Source: Owenia fusiformis (taxonomy: Eukaryota). From it: DNA of 64,000 bases. The DNA lies in the NCBI GenBank assembly GCA_903813345.2, contig CAIIXF020000001.1, positions 12,090,001 through 12,154,000 of the forward strand, given 5' to 3'. The notes beneath the pieces were generated by a model. That model was not told where the DNA came from, made no database searches, and saw nothing but the letters and a program-made list of their open reading frames with translations. Positions 52,890 through 64,000 of this stretch are shown here, piece by piece. Position numbers and translations under genes: made by a program. Within the stretch, counting starts at the first letter, position 1. Each line of letters starts with the position of its first letter.

Positions 52890-55030
52890 TTAAGGCATTT
52901 GAGGATACCCCTTTAGCCTAAAATTGCCCTTCACTTTTGATTAATATGGTGACTTTCTTGGCATATTAATCAAATTAAAGGTTGTGAAATCTAAATTGAA
53001 AATTTATCTGAAAATTAAGGCATCTAATCTTTGTGGATAGATGAGAAGCTAGCCCTTAATGCAGTTAGGTATGGATCATTAGATGCTAGAAAGGGCGACT
53101 TATATATATATTTTTTTTAAATGCCGTTCCCAGAATGTTTTCCCCTCCAATATTATGGTATCAAAAGTCCTATACGTAAAGTCAATTTTTCTGTAACAAA
53201 CCCCTTTGAACACAGGGGTCCATATTAGTCCAGTTCATTCCTTTGCCCTTTTGCTGAGAATGAAACATACCATGTTTCAGTATAGTGGGATAATAGTTTT
53301 TCATGAGTTATACCACAACATTGATAGCTTTTCAACTTTGATATGTTCCTCATTCTTATTGGTTAAAATTGGCGCTAATGTTTTTTTATAAAACTTTGAC
53401 AATCAGTTGCTTGTTAATGAATTGTTTACTAATGGAATAAACTTTTGTATAAAAAATGTTCCAGTATTCAGTATAGACCTAGGACCAGAAAATGACTGGA
53501 CTGAAAGGAACACATTTATAGAACAGTAGTACAAGTATATAAAGCTGAGCACCCTGAAAATATTCAAATATGCAGATAGCGCTTAGAATATATCATATTT
53601 TTGACACTATGCAAGACTAATTGATAAACACCACATATTCACTGTATAATACATTAACAAATGTTATACAAAATAACATTGATGATTAGAAAACATGTAT
53701 GGTTGTGCTCTAAGGTGGTCCAATATCCTTTCCTCATTGATATCTTTCATTTAGATCAATATTTCAATACCCAATATCTAATCTTAAGTGCAATAGTAAG
53801 GATATCACTGAAACACATGAATCAATTCATCGATTTCTCTAATAGTACTACCGTCTCTGAATGGACTAGCGTATAACAGTCGAAAAAGTGAACTTAAAGA
53901 TGACACTTTTATATTAATATTGATTTAGATATAATATTTTTCTAATCAATAGAAGAGTTGCTATAATGATTAATAAATAGATGGCAGTAGTTGTTTTGGT
54001 CAGGCCAGATGATTGTTTACTTATAATTTGGAGACAACTTGAAGTAGATGCTTTTATTGACATGCAGATTGGGATATAACATTAAAACACTGAGTCAATG
54101 GGAATTTAACCCAACCATATTCAGAAAACTAAAAATTCCTGGGAAATTGACAACAGGAAAATAACTCTGCAGATTGAAGTTGTTTAACAGAAAATTACAT
54201 ACAGAATTAAGATATATCACCAAATAAAGGAAAATGTTAGTCTTTAATGGTTGATGCAGATCTTCTAAATTAAATTCTCATTAAAAACTAGACTTCAACA
54301 AGATTCCTATTGTTTACTTAACTGTTTTTTTTTAAATTATTCACCCTCGTTCATAACCTCAAGAAGCAAAAGCAGACAAAAATTAGAGTATTATTCTACT
54401 CAATATATCAGCTTTAACCAGACATATAAAGACATGATTATCGGAGTCTACTTGATTATTTGTGAGCCTTCTTTGTTGATTATTTGACTTATTCAGCAGC
54501 ACTAGCATATAAGGTATTAATAATCTATTAAACTTCTGTTGGGTGTTACTATCTTGGATCTTAAATTGATCAATATAAGCAGCATGTAATGCATATCAAT
54601 CATGTACATGTATCTCATCATATGCTAAAGAGTAATCCCTTGGAATTTTTTGTTCATCAACTTAACTTTGAGTATGCTTAGTTAGCGCTAAGTGCTTAGC
54701 TGGATGTTCGAATATACCATTATGTGTGCTACAACAAGCGCAAAGTGGATGCAAGGGTGAGTTAGCGAGGGTTACCTGCATCTCAGTAAGATTTTTTTTA
54801 TAAATTGCTGCTATGACACACATAGCCTGGTTTTGCCAAATGAGGTCAGTTTTTAAAATGTTCCAGGCAGAGGGTTCAAATTTGACAATTTTGGCCCAAA
54901 ATTACTTGAAAGGTGCTCTAAATTATGTAAAATCTGCATGATTTTAAAAGGAATTTTTGGGTGGGGGTGGGGGTGCTAGGAATTAAGTTAACAGGATTGT
55001 ATCAGTACCATGTAGAAAATATCCCTCATT

Positions 55031-55460
55031 ATTATATCATTGCTAGAAATTGTGTGATTTGATTGGCTGATTCAGTGCCATGTGATCAAAAATACCATAG
55101 CGTATTTTCCAGCTCCCTCAATTTTTGGATTAGAAAATATGTATTGCCCACCAGAATTTTGACAACTGTACTTGATGAAAATAAAAGTGTACAATACAAT
55201 GATACTAGTACATACTTTTGTTAACTTGTGAGTTTATGACATATTTATTGATTAAAATAAATGTTCACAGGTTAAAACAAATATTCTATATTTCTTTGAA
55301 ATGTAAAATGATTGTAGAGAATGTCTAGTAACAATATAATAAATCAAATATTTCATTCTATCTTCGGGCAATACCATACGGGCTGTGGGCAATACATTGC
55401 AAAAATCATTAAAAGATAAACAGGTATTGCCCTCCATAGAATGAAATATTTGCTTATTTA
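55031..55460. mobile_element. Third hairpin + IR element, reverse orientation
   Basis: IR 55031-55051 / 55320-55340 (17/21) enclosing GATTGG, abutting palindrome ~55339-55457. Confidence 0.6.
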
Positions 55461-57746
55461 TATTATCCCATGATTATGTTTATTATTTTAGTCTTTCAAA
55501 AAATAGATATTGCACAGTAATGTGTTGATAAAAGTAAAACCACTTGAAATGATCTAATTTTTTATATAAATTGAAAATATTGTTTTAAAGTGTATCTAAT
55601 AACTCATAACTATGTTCATCCAGATATAATAGTATATTTCTTCTTAATGGACTTTTAATCATTTCTCAGTCACTACTTAACAATGAAGATGTGAGACATC
55701 TATTTAATGTAACAGTAACCATAAACATGTACATACATATTTGACAAAAAAACAAAAACTTATCTTTCATTATATCATCTTGTAAATAAGAGTCCTATTC
55801 ATGGCTACATGTATATGTATATCTGGTAATATATTTATGAATTGTTCTTTTATTATATATTTGTTTGAGTTGTTATATCGTTTTACCAAAAATGTACAAG
55901 TGTAATTGCAAAAGGAGCTCTTCAATGGGTTTGCCAGATTCTATCACCTATATCAATGATATCTAAGAAATGGATAAATGTGTGGTTTTTACAAATTTCT
56001 GTGGTTACCCCATTATAAAAATATGACCAATCTTGTGTTTGATTAAATACAGATATATTGTGAAAGAGAATAATTGCAAGTAATCCTTGAAATGTATGCA
56101 GTATATTGAGTATATGAAAATTTCTGAAAATCTTGTTGTTCACATTCTATCTTTTAACAAGAGTTTGATGGAATATGGATGCCTATAGAGATACTTTAAA
56201 ATCGGGTAGTGCTAGATTACGTTGCAGTGATCATCCTCCAATAATCCACTTAGAGATCTAATCTTGCACTGCACACTCGGTGAACCAACATTGTATTTTA
56301 AATGAGGAATCTACGTCAGCATAAACCATAATATAGTGGGTCTACTTGAGCCAACTTCCGGCAATTATATCAATTATTTTCTTCCATCATCTGGTTTGCC
56401 TTACTTTGCTCATTTTGCTCATTAATGAGAACTTATAGGTTGAAAAGCATTCTTAATGGGCGCAATAATTCTTATATATTTTCTCCTGAATATTCTGCCT
56501 TGGGTTCTAGAACGGTAGCTTGGATTCCTTTGTGCACTAATCGAATTGTCATTCAATCAGGCATCAATCTTTAAAGGGCAATATTCGCTGGACCAGTGAT
56601 AAATGGATTCATGAAGGCAATGTTGCATATTCATTTTATGAGGCAACATTCATGAAGTCAATGTTGCATAATAATTTTGACATGATTTGATGTATGAAAG
56701 CATAAGGTAAATATGGTGATAAACATGGAGTGTTAGTCAAGAGAAAATGCAATTGGTAATGATTAATACTTTTGACGAACAAAACTGAGTGATCTTGTTG
56801 AAAATCTATAATCAATAATTTTGATTTCAAACTATTTGATTTCCGTAGTGTCCAGTTTTTATCTAATAAAAAATAATAATTTCAACAAATTAGAAAAGTA
56901 GTTTAAAGATAAGGTTACTACCAATTAGAGTATTAAAGAATTCAATAAATCAATTGAAGAATACAGTTCAAAAATTGATTTTAGAAAAATTTAGAATAAA
57001 TAATTCCAAGCATGATAAAACATCTTCATTAAAGGCTGTCTCAATGGCAAATATACTTCCCAATGAAATATACTTCCCCATTATGATACTCAGAGGTGTC
57101 TTACAGAAGATTAATAATCACGAAAGTATCGCACTTTACCATCCGGAAGTTTCACAATATGTGTGAACTTTGTGAAATATGGGAGTAAACAAATGAAGAT
57201 GAATGCTTTTATTTATTAACTTTTACCGATACTTACAATATACAGTGGACATGCAATTCTTGTTGAAGATCTAGCACAGTTTGCAAGACTATCAGGGTGC
57301 AGCATAAGGACTTTAGACATGGTGGTCAAAGATGAACTATAGACCATGTAAGTCTAGTTACAAGCCCAATGTGGCCCCCAGTCCATGTAACCCCCCCCCC
57401 CTCCCACTAATTGATTACACACCTCACAAAGTGGGAAGGTATGTATTTGGGGGCTCACTAGAATTTGGGGTTTCCAAAACTCTTATTTCCTTGTTTTCAG
57501 GCAAAATGTTCCATGGATTGGTTTGGATGTGTTTTTGCATTGAAATCAAGAACTGATTACATTTTGGGCATGCTAGATATTTTTAAGTGACAATTTCATA
57601 TTTACCATCCTGATATTTTTACTTAAAGTTTCCAAGCTGCAAATCATTTGATGGATTTTGGGCATTCTGGGTAAATATTTAAATGGCCATTTTTGATTTT
57701 TGATCCTGGAGTCTCTAGAGACCTGTTTATTATCAACCTTTGAACC

Positions 57747-58351
57747 TAGGGCGTTCATAAAGTTTTTGCAAAAGTACTCTAAATGTTTTGTTTGTCAATC
57801 AATCTGACTGAAATATTTACTCAGTATACCTACACTATTCATACGTTGAGATCTTAAATTATTATGAATAAGTCTTTGAAGAAATAAAGGGAATGGTTGC
57901 TATAGTAACATGAATCAGTTGATCATGTATGGATGCCATAAGTTCTCCTAAGTTTGAATGATGAATTCCACGAAGATCATTCTTTATTCAAAAAGTAGAG
58001 GGCTGTCTCGTCAGGTCAGTACGGAGCTTGATCTTGTCGACCCATCTTCAATTTGTTAGTGGTACACCTTATAAATATCTTCAAGTGTTTGTTTTTCTTG
58101 AATTCCCTAGTAAAACATACATCCTGATGTAAGTGCGTATCTGTAATTTTTCTTTTTTAATGCTGCTCCGCCCCCCCCCCCCAACTCGTGTTACTTTAGC
58201 AACCATAACTTTTTATTTTCAAGAACCTGTTTATTTTAATTTAAGATTCAGAAGTATGAATAGTGTAGGTATACTGAGTGAAAATTTCAGCCAGATTGAC
58301 TGAGAAACCCCAAAATTAGAGTACTTTTGCAAGAACTTTATTAACGCCCTG
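57747..58351. mobile_element. Tc1/mariner-like MITE with ~110-bp TIRs
   Basis: AGGGCGTTCATAAAGTTTTTGCAAAAGTACTCTAA... vs ...TTAGAGTACTTTTGCAAGAACTTTATTAACGCCCTG-TA. Confidence 0.8.
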
Positions 58352-58854
58352 TATAGCTTACTTTTGAGGAAGTTCGTCACATAATCTGATTATTGACCCA
58401 AGGACACAATATTGTTGTCATCACCAGAAGTGGTGTCATATTGTTATAGTCTCCATTTTTTCGTGCTGGCAGTTGGTGTTCAGTTGATGGTGTTTTGAGT
58501 TTGGCATCTGTGACAAATGGCAAGGGGTGACATTTTGCATGTTAAAGGGGCAACAAGGACCGTCGAGAGAAAAATTGACAAATTTTACCTTTTCTGAGCT
58601 ATCAGCCTATCAGGGCAGCATAATGGTTAAACATCTTCTTCCTTTCTATTTTATAAAAATGTATGGATGTGGCCATGTTCCGCAACCAGTAGAACTGACA
58701 AATCATTTAAAAATCCTAATTAAAACACCTAGCGTTCTTGCTGCTCGAGTCAATAAAATCTCTGATAGTATGAGTCTTTTTATGAAAATGTTTTGAATAG
58801 AAATCATTTGACGATTATGAGGTTATGAGAAAGCATTAAAAGTTGAAACCAAAG

Positions 58855-58997
58855 TGGAATCGGAAGTAAAAGTGAAAAAATATTGCGCGGACGTTAGAGA
58901 ACAAACTTCCAGTTTAATAAAAATGGCGGAGACAAAGGAGATGAAGAAGACGAAGAATTAGAGGATTTTTTCTTTTGCCATTATCAATCGATATAAG
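58855..58997 (+). promoter_or_regulatory. Housekeeping-type promoter and first exon of a + strand transcript
   Basis: CpG cluster, ETS site CGGAAGT (58861), YY1 motif AAAATGGCGG (58920), donor AAG|gtatgt at 58997/58998; candidate acceptor ttttttcag at 60265. Confidence 0.55.
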
Positions 58998-61900
58998 GTA
59001 TGTGCGCAAATTCTAGTTGCATATATGGAAAAAGATACATTTTAAAGGCTATAACACATTCAAAGCTTTCATTTTACGACAGGCCCAGGATCACCGGATA
59101 CAACTCGGCAGTCCTTGTTGCTGCTTTAATGCCTTGTTCACTCTTGCCTTGCAAGACTTCAATTTCAAAATCAAACTCTGAATGTTGGATTATGCATGAC
59201 ATGAAGCGATTGAAAGAATGCCTTCAGTATATACGTTAGTATAGCTGGACTTGCCTGTTTTACCCATTTTATCAAGCATCAGTCGGGATTATCAAATTAA
59301 TATGTCTACTCAAAGCAGATGCAATAATACCTGAACTAATGAATTACAAGTATCTAGGGAAAAGTAGGAGGTAATTGAGTCACCTATTCATCGATGTTAT
59401 ATCGCATCAGGAATCATGAATGAAATCCCATGAGACGTTGACTTGAAAATAATCCCTGTTCAATGGTCGATCAAATGGTGTTTTCAGGGATTAATATTTG
59501 ATGTGTTCTTTGATGTCACATAGTGGATATGTTATCAAGGCTACAATAATCAATATACGTCTATTTCTGTCACATTTCTGTCATGATGTAACTTGCTTAT
59601 ATTTACATAATGACGATATATGATCCTCAAAGTCAGATGCACACTGTCAATACAATATTACCAAGTTAGGGATCCATTAGGTTTTATTAGAAATAATAGC
59701 CGAGTACCTTGGCCTTAGGCTATTAGATCTCCCAAGACTCAGTACAAATGGTCATTCATGTCCAGAAATGGTTTATCTAACTTAGCCCCACACTGACTTG
59801 TGAAAGGTAAATGGCCCATGATCTAATTTTAGGAAAATTTGGTTTCTTTTTTTTGACTATGAGGTTAAGTATATTGAGAAGTGAGTAGGTATAATTTGTT
59901 CAGCTTTGGTGCACTGCATGAAACAGGCCAGGTACAGTTTGAAATATGATTTCTTTTGTGTTTACTATTCAGCTATTGAATGAGTGAATAGGATGTAATT
60001 GGCTTTAGTACACTGCATGTGACAGTCAATTGTTTTTTGTGTCACACTTGTTTTGGATAGCTTGCCAAGTGTCAGTCCTTAAAAACTAGAAAAAGAATCT
60101 ACTGTTATTTGTCACAACTGTACATTCTTTAAAATAAACTACAGTTCATGCTATTATGTTGCTACCTAAAGTTTAAGGCCTTATGAAAGACCAGAAAATC
60201 CAAATATCTTCTCTATTGGTAATGCAATTGACTTCTAATCTCACTTAATGTTACATATTTTTCAGGATTCCAAAAAGTATTAAAGTAGAATAAAGAAACT
60301 CAAATATTTCATTAAAATGGATCCAAATTATGACAAGACATGTGCATATATTAAGTATAGCAGCATCAAATAAATTTAGGCATGGCTTTCCTTTGACATT
60401 AAAGATTCTCGCAATCTTTATCCAATCAGCGTTTGCGAGTGTGTCGGCTCACGTATAAAAGGCGAATCCAACTCAAATCCATGCAGGGGTGTATGAGGTA
60501 CTCGAATAGGAAAGACCTCGTGAAATCTGAATTTATATGCACATGGTCAATGTTTACACATGTTTGGAGTTATTGAAGAAAATGTGATATGGGTGTGGTT
60601 CCGGATTTGAAGTCATTGCTGGAAAATATGATTTTAATACGTGAAATTATATCTATAAATACAGCACTAAAAATATCACATAAAGTACATGTATGATTGT
60701 GTCCAGAAATGTTTGAAACCCTTACGGAAAATTCTGTCTGCATTTTGTTTGAATGAATATATTAATTAATGTATTTCTAACTAAAATATATCACTTTTTT
60801 TTATAAACCACAAACATTTAGATCATAAAAAAATTATTCAATACTTGAGTGAGCACGATATGCAAGGGTTACTAAGTTGACACAGTAAATGACCACTGAT
60901 ATTGTGTTAGTCCATGCACACAGCATATTCTGCTTTACAAACACCCCCCACTTTCATAGTGAAGTGACTAATTGGTTTATGTTTACGTTTTGATGTGTTT
61001 TGGGTTCCTTGTTACAGCAAGGGGGGCCAGTAAAGTAGACTAACATGTTTGCATGGCAAATTTTGATCGAATATGTGAGACACTTTAAGGTACCTGAAAC
61101 ACAGCCTCATTCATGTGTGTCATTTTTAGAGAACTTGTAATTCTATGTAAACAGCAAATTGTCTGATCTTATGTCTAAAGTATCTGTCACATTAGCTGCA
61201 TGGATTCACATACTCACTCATTGATTTTTCAATTGATTAATTAATTTTTGCATTTGATGTGATGGGTATTAATATATCTTGCTGTAAAACTATTTGTTTT
61301 GACCACCGTGTATCCACGCCGTGCCCTACCATCTGCCCCAAAGTATTGACACTGTGGAGCATCCAAATGGAGGCACTTCTTGATGCTGTACATGAACATG
61401 CATTAGCCGCAGTTCCACAGTTAGATTCGCATCCATGTAATGTTCATGGTTTAAAGTATTGGTTCCTTGGTGTCAGAAACTGTTTATATATTTCAACAGT
61501 GTTATGTTTTGCTGATTACCAATGTAAAATATTCCAGTAATGTTATATCACAATTCACTTTGTTTTCCTTAACCTGTAAATGGTATTTGTTTTCTAGGAT
61601 AGTTATGAAGAAAACAATGTGTGCTGTATGCCTTTGAATTTAAACCGTTCTTATTTGTGTCTTCCTTATGTATATCTTTAGATGTATGTTTATGCCAATG
61701 TTGAATGATTTGCACAGGTATAGAGGTGCGAACCAATTAACAGTAAAGGGATCAATAGTGGATTCTCTCAGGTGTTCAAGACGAAAGATATATAGTGATT
61801 GCTCTTTTAGAAGACTAATAGTCAGTATCCTATCAATCCAATCCTTAATACTCTAATCAAGGTCATCACGGGTTGGGATCATGTAATACCCATGCTTGAT

Positions 61901-62571
61901 GTAATTCATTTATCTTTTTCATCTTTCATTTTTTTATGTTGATAGGGATATAGAGAAACCTTTTTATGCTTACATCTGTCTATCAGTCTATCTATCTATC
62001 CATTCATTTTTCTGTTTCCTAATTACACAAGTACCAGTGGTCTGATTTTGTTCAAATTCTTCCCTATTCTTGATGCTAAATAGTCGAAATCTTTTTTGCA
62101 GGAATTGACTTTTTTGCTGTAGCTTTATCACTTGAACAAATTAATCAATCTTATCAATGGTGATGCTTTACAGATGTACAATCCTCATTGAAAATAATTT
62201 TTCCAAAATTGTTTCCAAATCCAAAATTGGTATCATTTTTGGTCCAAATTTCGATGTTTTTCCTAAACATGAATATTGTCTTGAAAACCTTGTGTCAAGT
62301 TCTTTACTTATTTTAAACGATTCCCTGTTTTGGATAAATCAGCTTTTTGTAATACTGTGTATAATCAAAGTATTATATTTTTGACAACAACAGGTAAGTG
62401 TAGCCCATTTTTATTGATCATATACATATCTTGATTTTGTCTCTGATCTACTTTTGCAACTTAACTATTCTTTAAAATATTTTCGGTGACAATTGTTACA
62501 TTTTTGTTATTTGCAAAATCTTCAGAAGGAATTTTCTAAATCACATGAAACTTTTACCAAAAACACATATA

Positions 62572-63024
62572 TACAGTGTGTGCCAAAAATTTTGCAACTT
62601 TTTTAAAAGGCTAGAAAAGTATCATAACATTAAGGTATTGGCATTAAAAATCATTTACAGAAATTTAAGGATAGGCGTATTTTACCATTTAAATACTAAA
62701 GCTAAAACTGACTTCAAATTTTTTTTGTCAGATCTTTGAATATCAGTGGTCACTTGTTCATGTGTCCGAGATTTACCGTTTTTCCTATTTTTTATGTAAC
62801 AAAATATGGTCATAATATTTCCTTTCTTTTTTTGACTGCTCCTGGTACCCTCGACATGGGTTGCTATGGTTACCATAGAACGCAGGATGTTAAATGTAAG
62901 GTGTTGAATTTTACCTTGTGTTAATGTATAATTATTAGATCAACATTCTGTGAGCAATGAGCAAGATTCATTAATGTTTACAAAAATTAGAGCACTTTTG
63001 ATCTTACTTTATGATCACCCTGTA
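62572..63024. mobile_element. Possible Tc1/mariner-type MITE
   Basis: TA-CAGTGTG...CACCCTG-TA ends, poorly matched internally. Confidence 0.35.
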
Positions 63025-63183
63025 TATATATGGTATAGATTTGAACGGATTGTTGGCAGTATCTATTACCATAGCAACGAAATATTGATAATTTGTATAG
63101 ATGGGTTATAAGAAGAAGATGCAGAAATAATGGTCAGGTTGACTTGAAACTCATTCATTAAGCACCTATAGGTATGTGATTGG

Positions 63184-63985
63184 AGTCTTCACATTTTAGG
63201 CAGTATCTGCTACCAGGCTTCACATTTTAAGCAATATATGTTTCTAATTTTAAGGAATATAATATGTTGCCAGTCTTCATATTTTAAGCCTGATATGTTT
63301 ATGTTGCCAGTCTTCACGTTTTAAGCAAGATATGTTTATGTTGCCAGTCTTCACGTTTTAAGCAAGATATGTTTATGTTGCCAGTCTTCACATTTAAAGC
63401 AAGATATGTTTATGTTGCCAGTCTTCACGTTTTAAGCAAGATATGTTTATGTTGCCAGTCTTCACGTTTTAAGCAAGATATGTTTATTTTGCCAGTCTTC
63501 ACATTTTAAGCAAGATATGTTTATGTTGCCAATCTTCACGTTTTTAGCCAGATATGTTTATGTTGCCAGTCTTCACAATTTAAGCAAGATATGTTTATGT
63601 TGCCAGTCTTCACGTTTTAAGCAAGATATGTTCATGTTGCCATTCTTCACGTTTTAAGCCAGATATGTTTATGTTGCCAGTCTTCACGTTTTAAGCAAGA
63701 TATGTTCATGTTGCCAGTCTTCACGTTTTAAGCCAGATATGTTTATGTTGCCAGTCTTCACGTTTTAAGCAAGATATGTTTATGTTGCCAGTCTTCACAT
63801 TTTAAGCAAGATATGTTTATGTTGCCAGTCTTCACATTTTAAGCAAGATATGTTTATGTTGCCAGTCTTCACGTTTTAAGCCATATATATCATCAGTCTT
63901 CATATTTTTACCCATGTTCAAGTATGTTACCAATCTTCACATTTTAAGCTATATACTGTAAGTTACCAGTCTTCAGATTTATATA
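63184..63985. repeat. 37-bp minisatellite (~17 good copies plus degenerate flanks)
   Basis: GTTGCCAGTCTTCACGTTTTAAGCAAGATATGTTTAT head-to-tail, period 37. Confidence 0.97.
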
Positions 63986-64000
63986 CCGTAATAATGTGCA

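Noticed and set aside
62102-62393. Segment with a good acceptor (ttttttgcag) and donor (cag|gtaagt)
   Set aside because: All three frames contain stops and it lies in repeat-like sequence; not supportable as a coding exon
63184-63985. 37-bp repeats resembling a CRISPR array in unit length
   Set aside because: Units are head-to-tail with no unique spacers; eukaryotic context and no cas genes

Overview
AT-rich, CpG-poor eukaryotic genomic DNA, probably an invertebrate. The frequent TACATGTA palindromes and the MITE repertoire suggest a mollusc or other lophotrochozoan (inference). There are no prokaryotic features, rRNA, tRNA or CRISPR. (1) Two intact spliced minus-strand genes share one architecture: a tiny 'MT...' coding exon, a phase-1 intron, then one terminal exon with a single TM helix, juxtamembrane cysteines and a cytoplasmic tail. 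They encode a 129-aa Cys-rich protein (5133->2899) and a 702-aa protein with a tyrosine-motif-rich disordered tail (20638->16876) that resembles a LAT/PAG-type transmembrane adaptor. (2) From about 30 to 50 kb lies a densely packed, heavily decayed run of apparently intronless reading frames. Several carry immunoglobulin/FN3-like motifs, signal-like starts and paralogous C-terminal TM segments; this may be a fossil Ig-superfamily array, possibly virus-derived, but no viral hallmark gene was recognised. (3) A 3.9/5.0-kb tandem segmental duplication exposes filled and empty transposon sites. (4) There are many MITE families, three hairpin+IR elements, a LINE 3' fragment, minisatellites, and a probable + strand housekeeping-type first exon at about 58.9 kb. 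All translations were done by eye; domain calls on decayed frames are tentative.
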